Below, piece by piece: positions 63,241 through 64,000 of a stretch of DNA of 64,000 nucleotides. This stretch comes from the human T2T-CHM13v2.0 reference genome, Homo sapiens. The stretch lies in NCBI RefSeq assembly GCF_009914755.1, contig NC_060941.1. One strand, written 5' to 3'. The position numbers and the translations under genes were made by a program. Under the pieces are notes generated by a model, which was not told the DNA's origin, did not search any database, and saw nothing but the letters and a program-made list of their open reading frames with translations. Positions within the stretch are counted from its first letter, which is position 1, and every line of letters starts with the position of its first letter.

Positions 63241-64000
63241 TCAGTATCATGGAATGAAAATTGATATTGCTTGAGTAACTGCTACGTGCCTTTCATTCTG
63301 TTAAATGTTTTAAAGTTGAGTAAATCCAAATGCAGATTCCTTTAGGGTCACGTAGGACCTGTTTCTTGCTATACCATCCTCTATCTAGCTCATGGCTTAC
63401 CAATTACTTTTTTTTTAAGAAAATATTTCATAATCACCCATCGAGTCCGTGTTCCATGCTATTATACTTGCTATTACATAGACTGCTATTCTATATTACA
63501 CAAGACCACTATTAACTAGGCCACTCACTATTCTAAGCAGGATTTTATTTAAATGAGATAGGGTATGCTTTATGTCTCATTTCCTTGTCAAGTGAAGTAG
63601 ATCTGCCAAAAGGATTCAAATAAATGTTGTCTAGGTAACATGTTCTACATACCCAAATTTCTCAGAGTTCTAGTGGAATTTATAAAATGTCTACACCAAT
63701 AGTCAGCACCACACACCCTCTTGTTGCCTCTGAATCGGCCACGTGGGATGCTTGGCGTCATATAGACCAAACGTTCAGATGTTGGACTCATTTTTTTTTT
63801 AGTTTTCATATGGGTGTTTGGGACTCAGAGAAACAATCAACTTTAGCCTGGAATACAGGATCCAAGGATTGTTGAAACATGGGATTAGTCTGGGTTTTCT
63901 GGAGGAAAATGTTCTTTTCAACATCACTTTCCAGAACAGGGATCTGATTCTGTTTATGAACAACAGTGCCAGTGTTGTTACTAACAACAAGAATTGTTCC

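Overview
Primate, human-like non-coding genomic DNA that is CpG-poor with no CpG island. It is either intergenic or deep within a very large intron. I recognise no protein-coding exon, tRNA, rRNA or small-RNA gene, and I cannot name the locus. The ORF track is explained by chance ORFs, antisense Alu ORFs and microsatellites. A large share of the window is fossil transposable elements: MIR and L2 pieces, L1ME/L1MB 3' ends, one CR1/L3 RT remnant, hAT-Charlie MITEs (MER5, MER20, MER58A, MER102, Charlie4z-like), MaLR solo LTRs (MLT1, MSTB), a MER21 LTR, six Alu loci and two FLAMs. There is also a complete THE1C/D LTR-int-LTR element with an intact 5-bp TSD. Repeat-free islands at about 9.8-10.4, 24.1-24.8, 27.8-28.9, 51.4-51.9 and 56.6-57.7 kb have retained CpGs and/or dense TF motifs and look like candidate enhancers. 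The most notable observations are an intact DUX4 motif in only the outward-firing THE1 3' LTR with plausible exons downstream on the same strand, a three-arm chimeric Alu inside one TSD, a perfect DR3 made by a 9-bp duplication, and several symmetric motif clusters. I found no evidence for a novel multi-gene system. Repeat subfamily names come from recalled consensus sequences, and boundaries of old elements are approximate.
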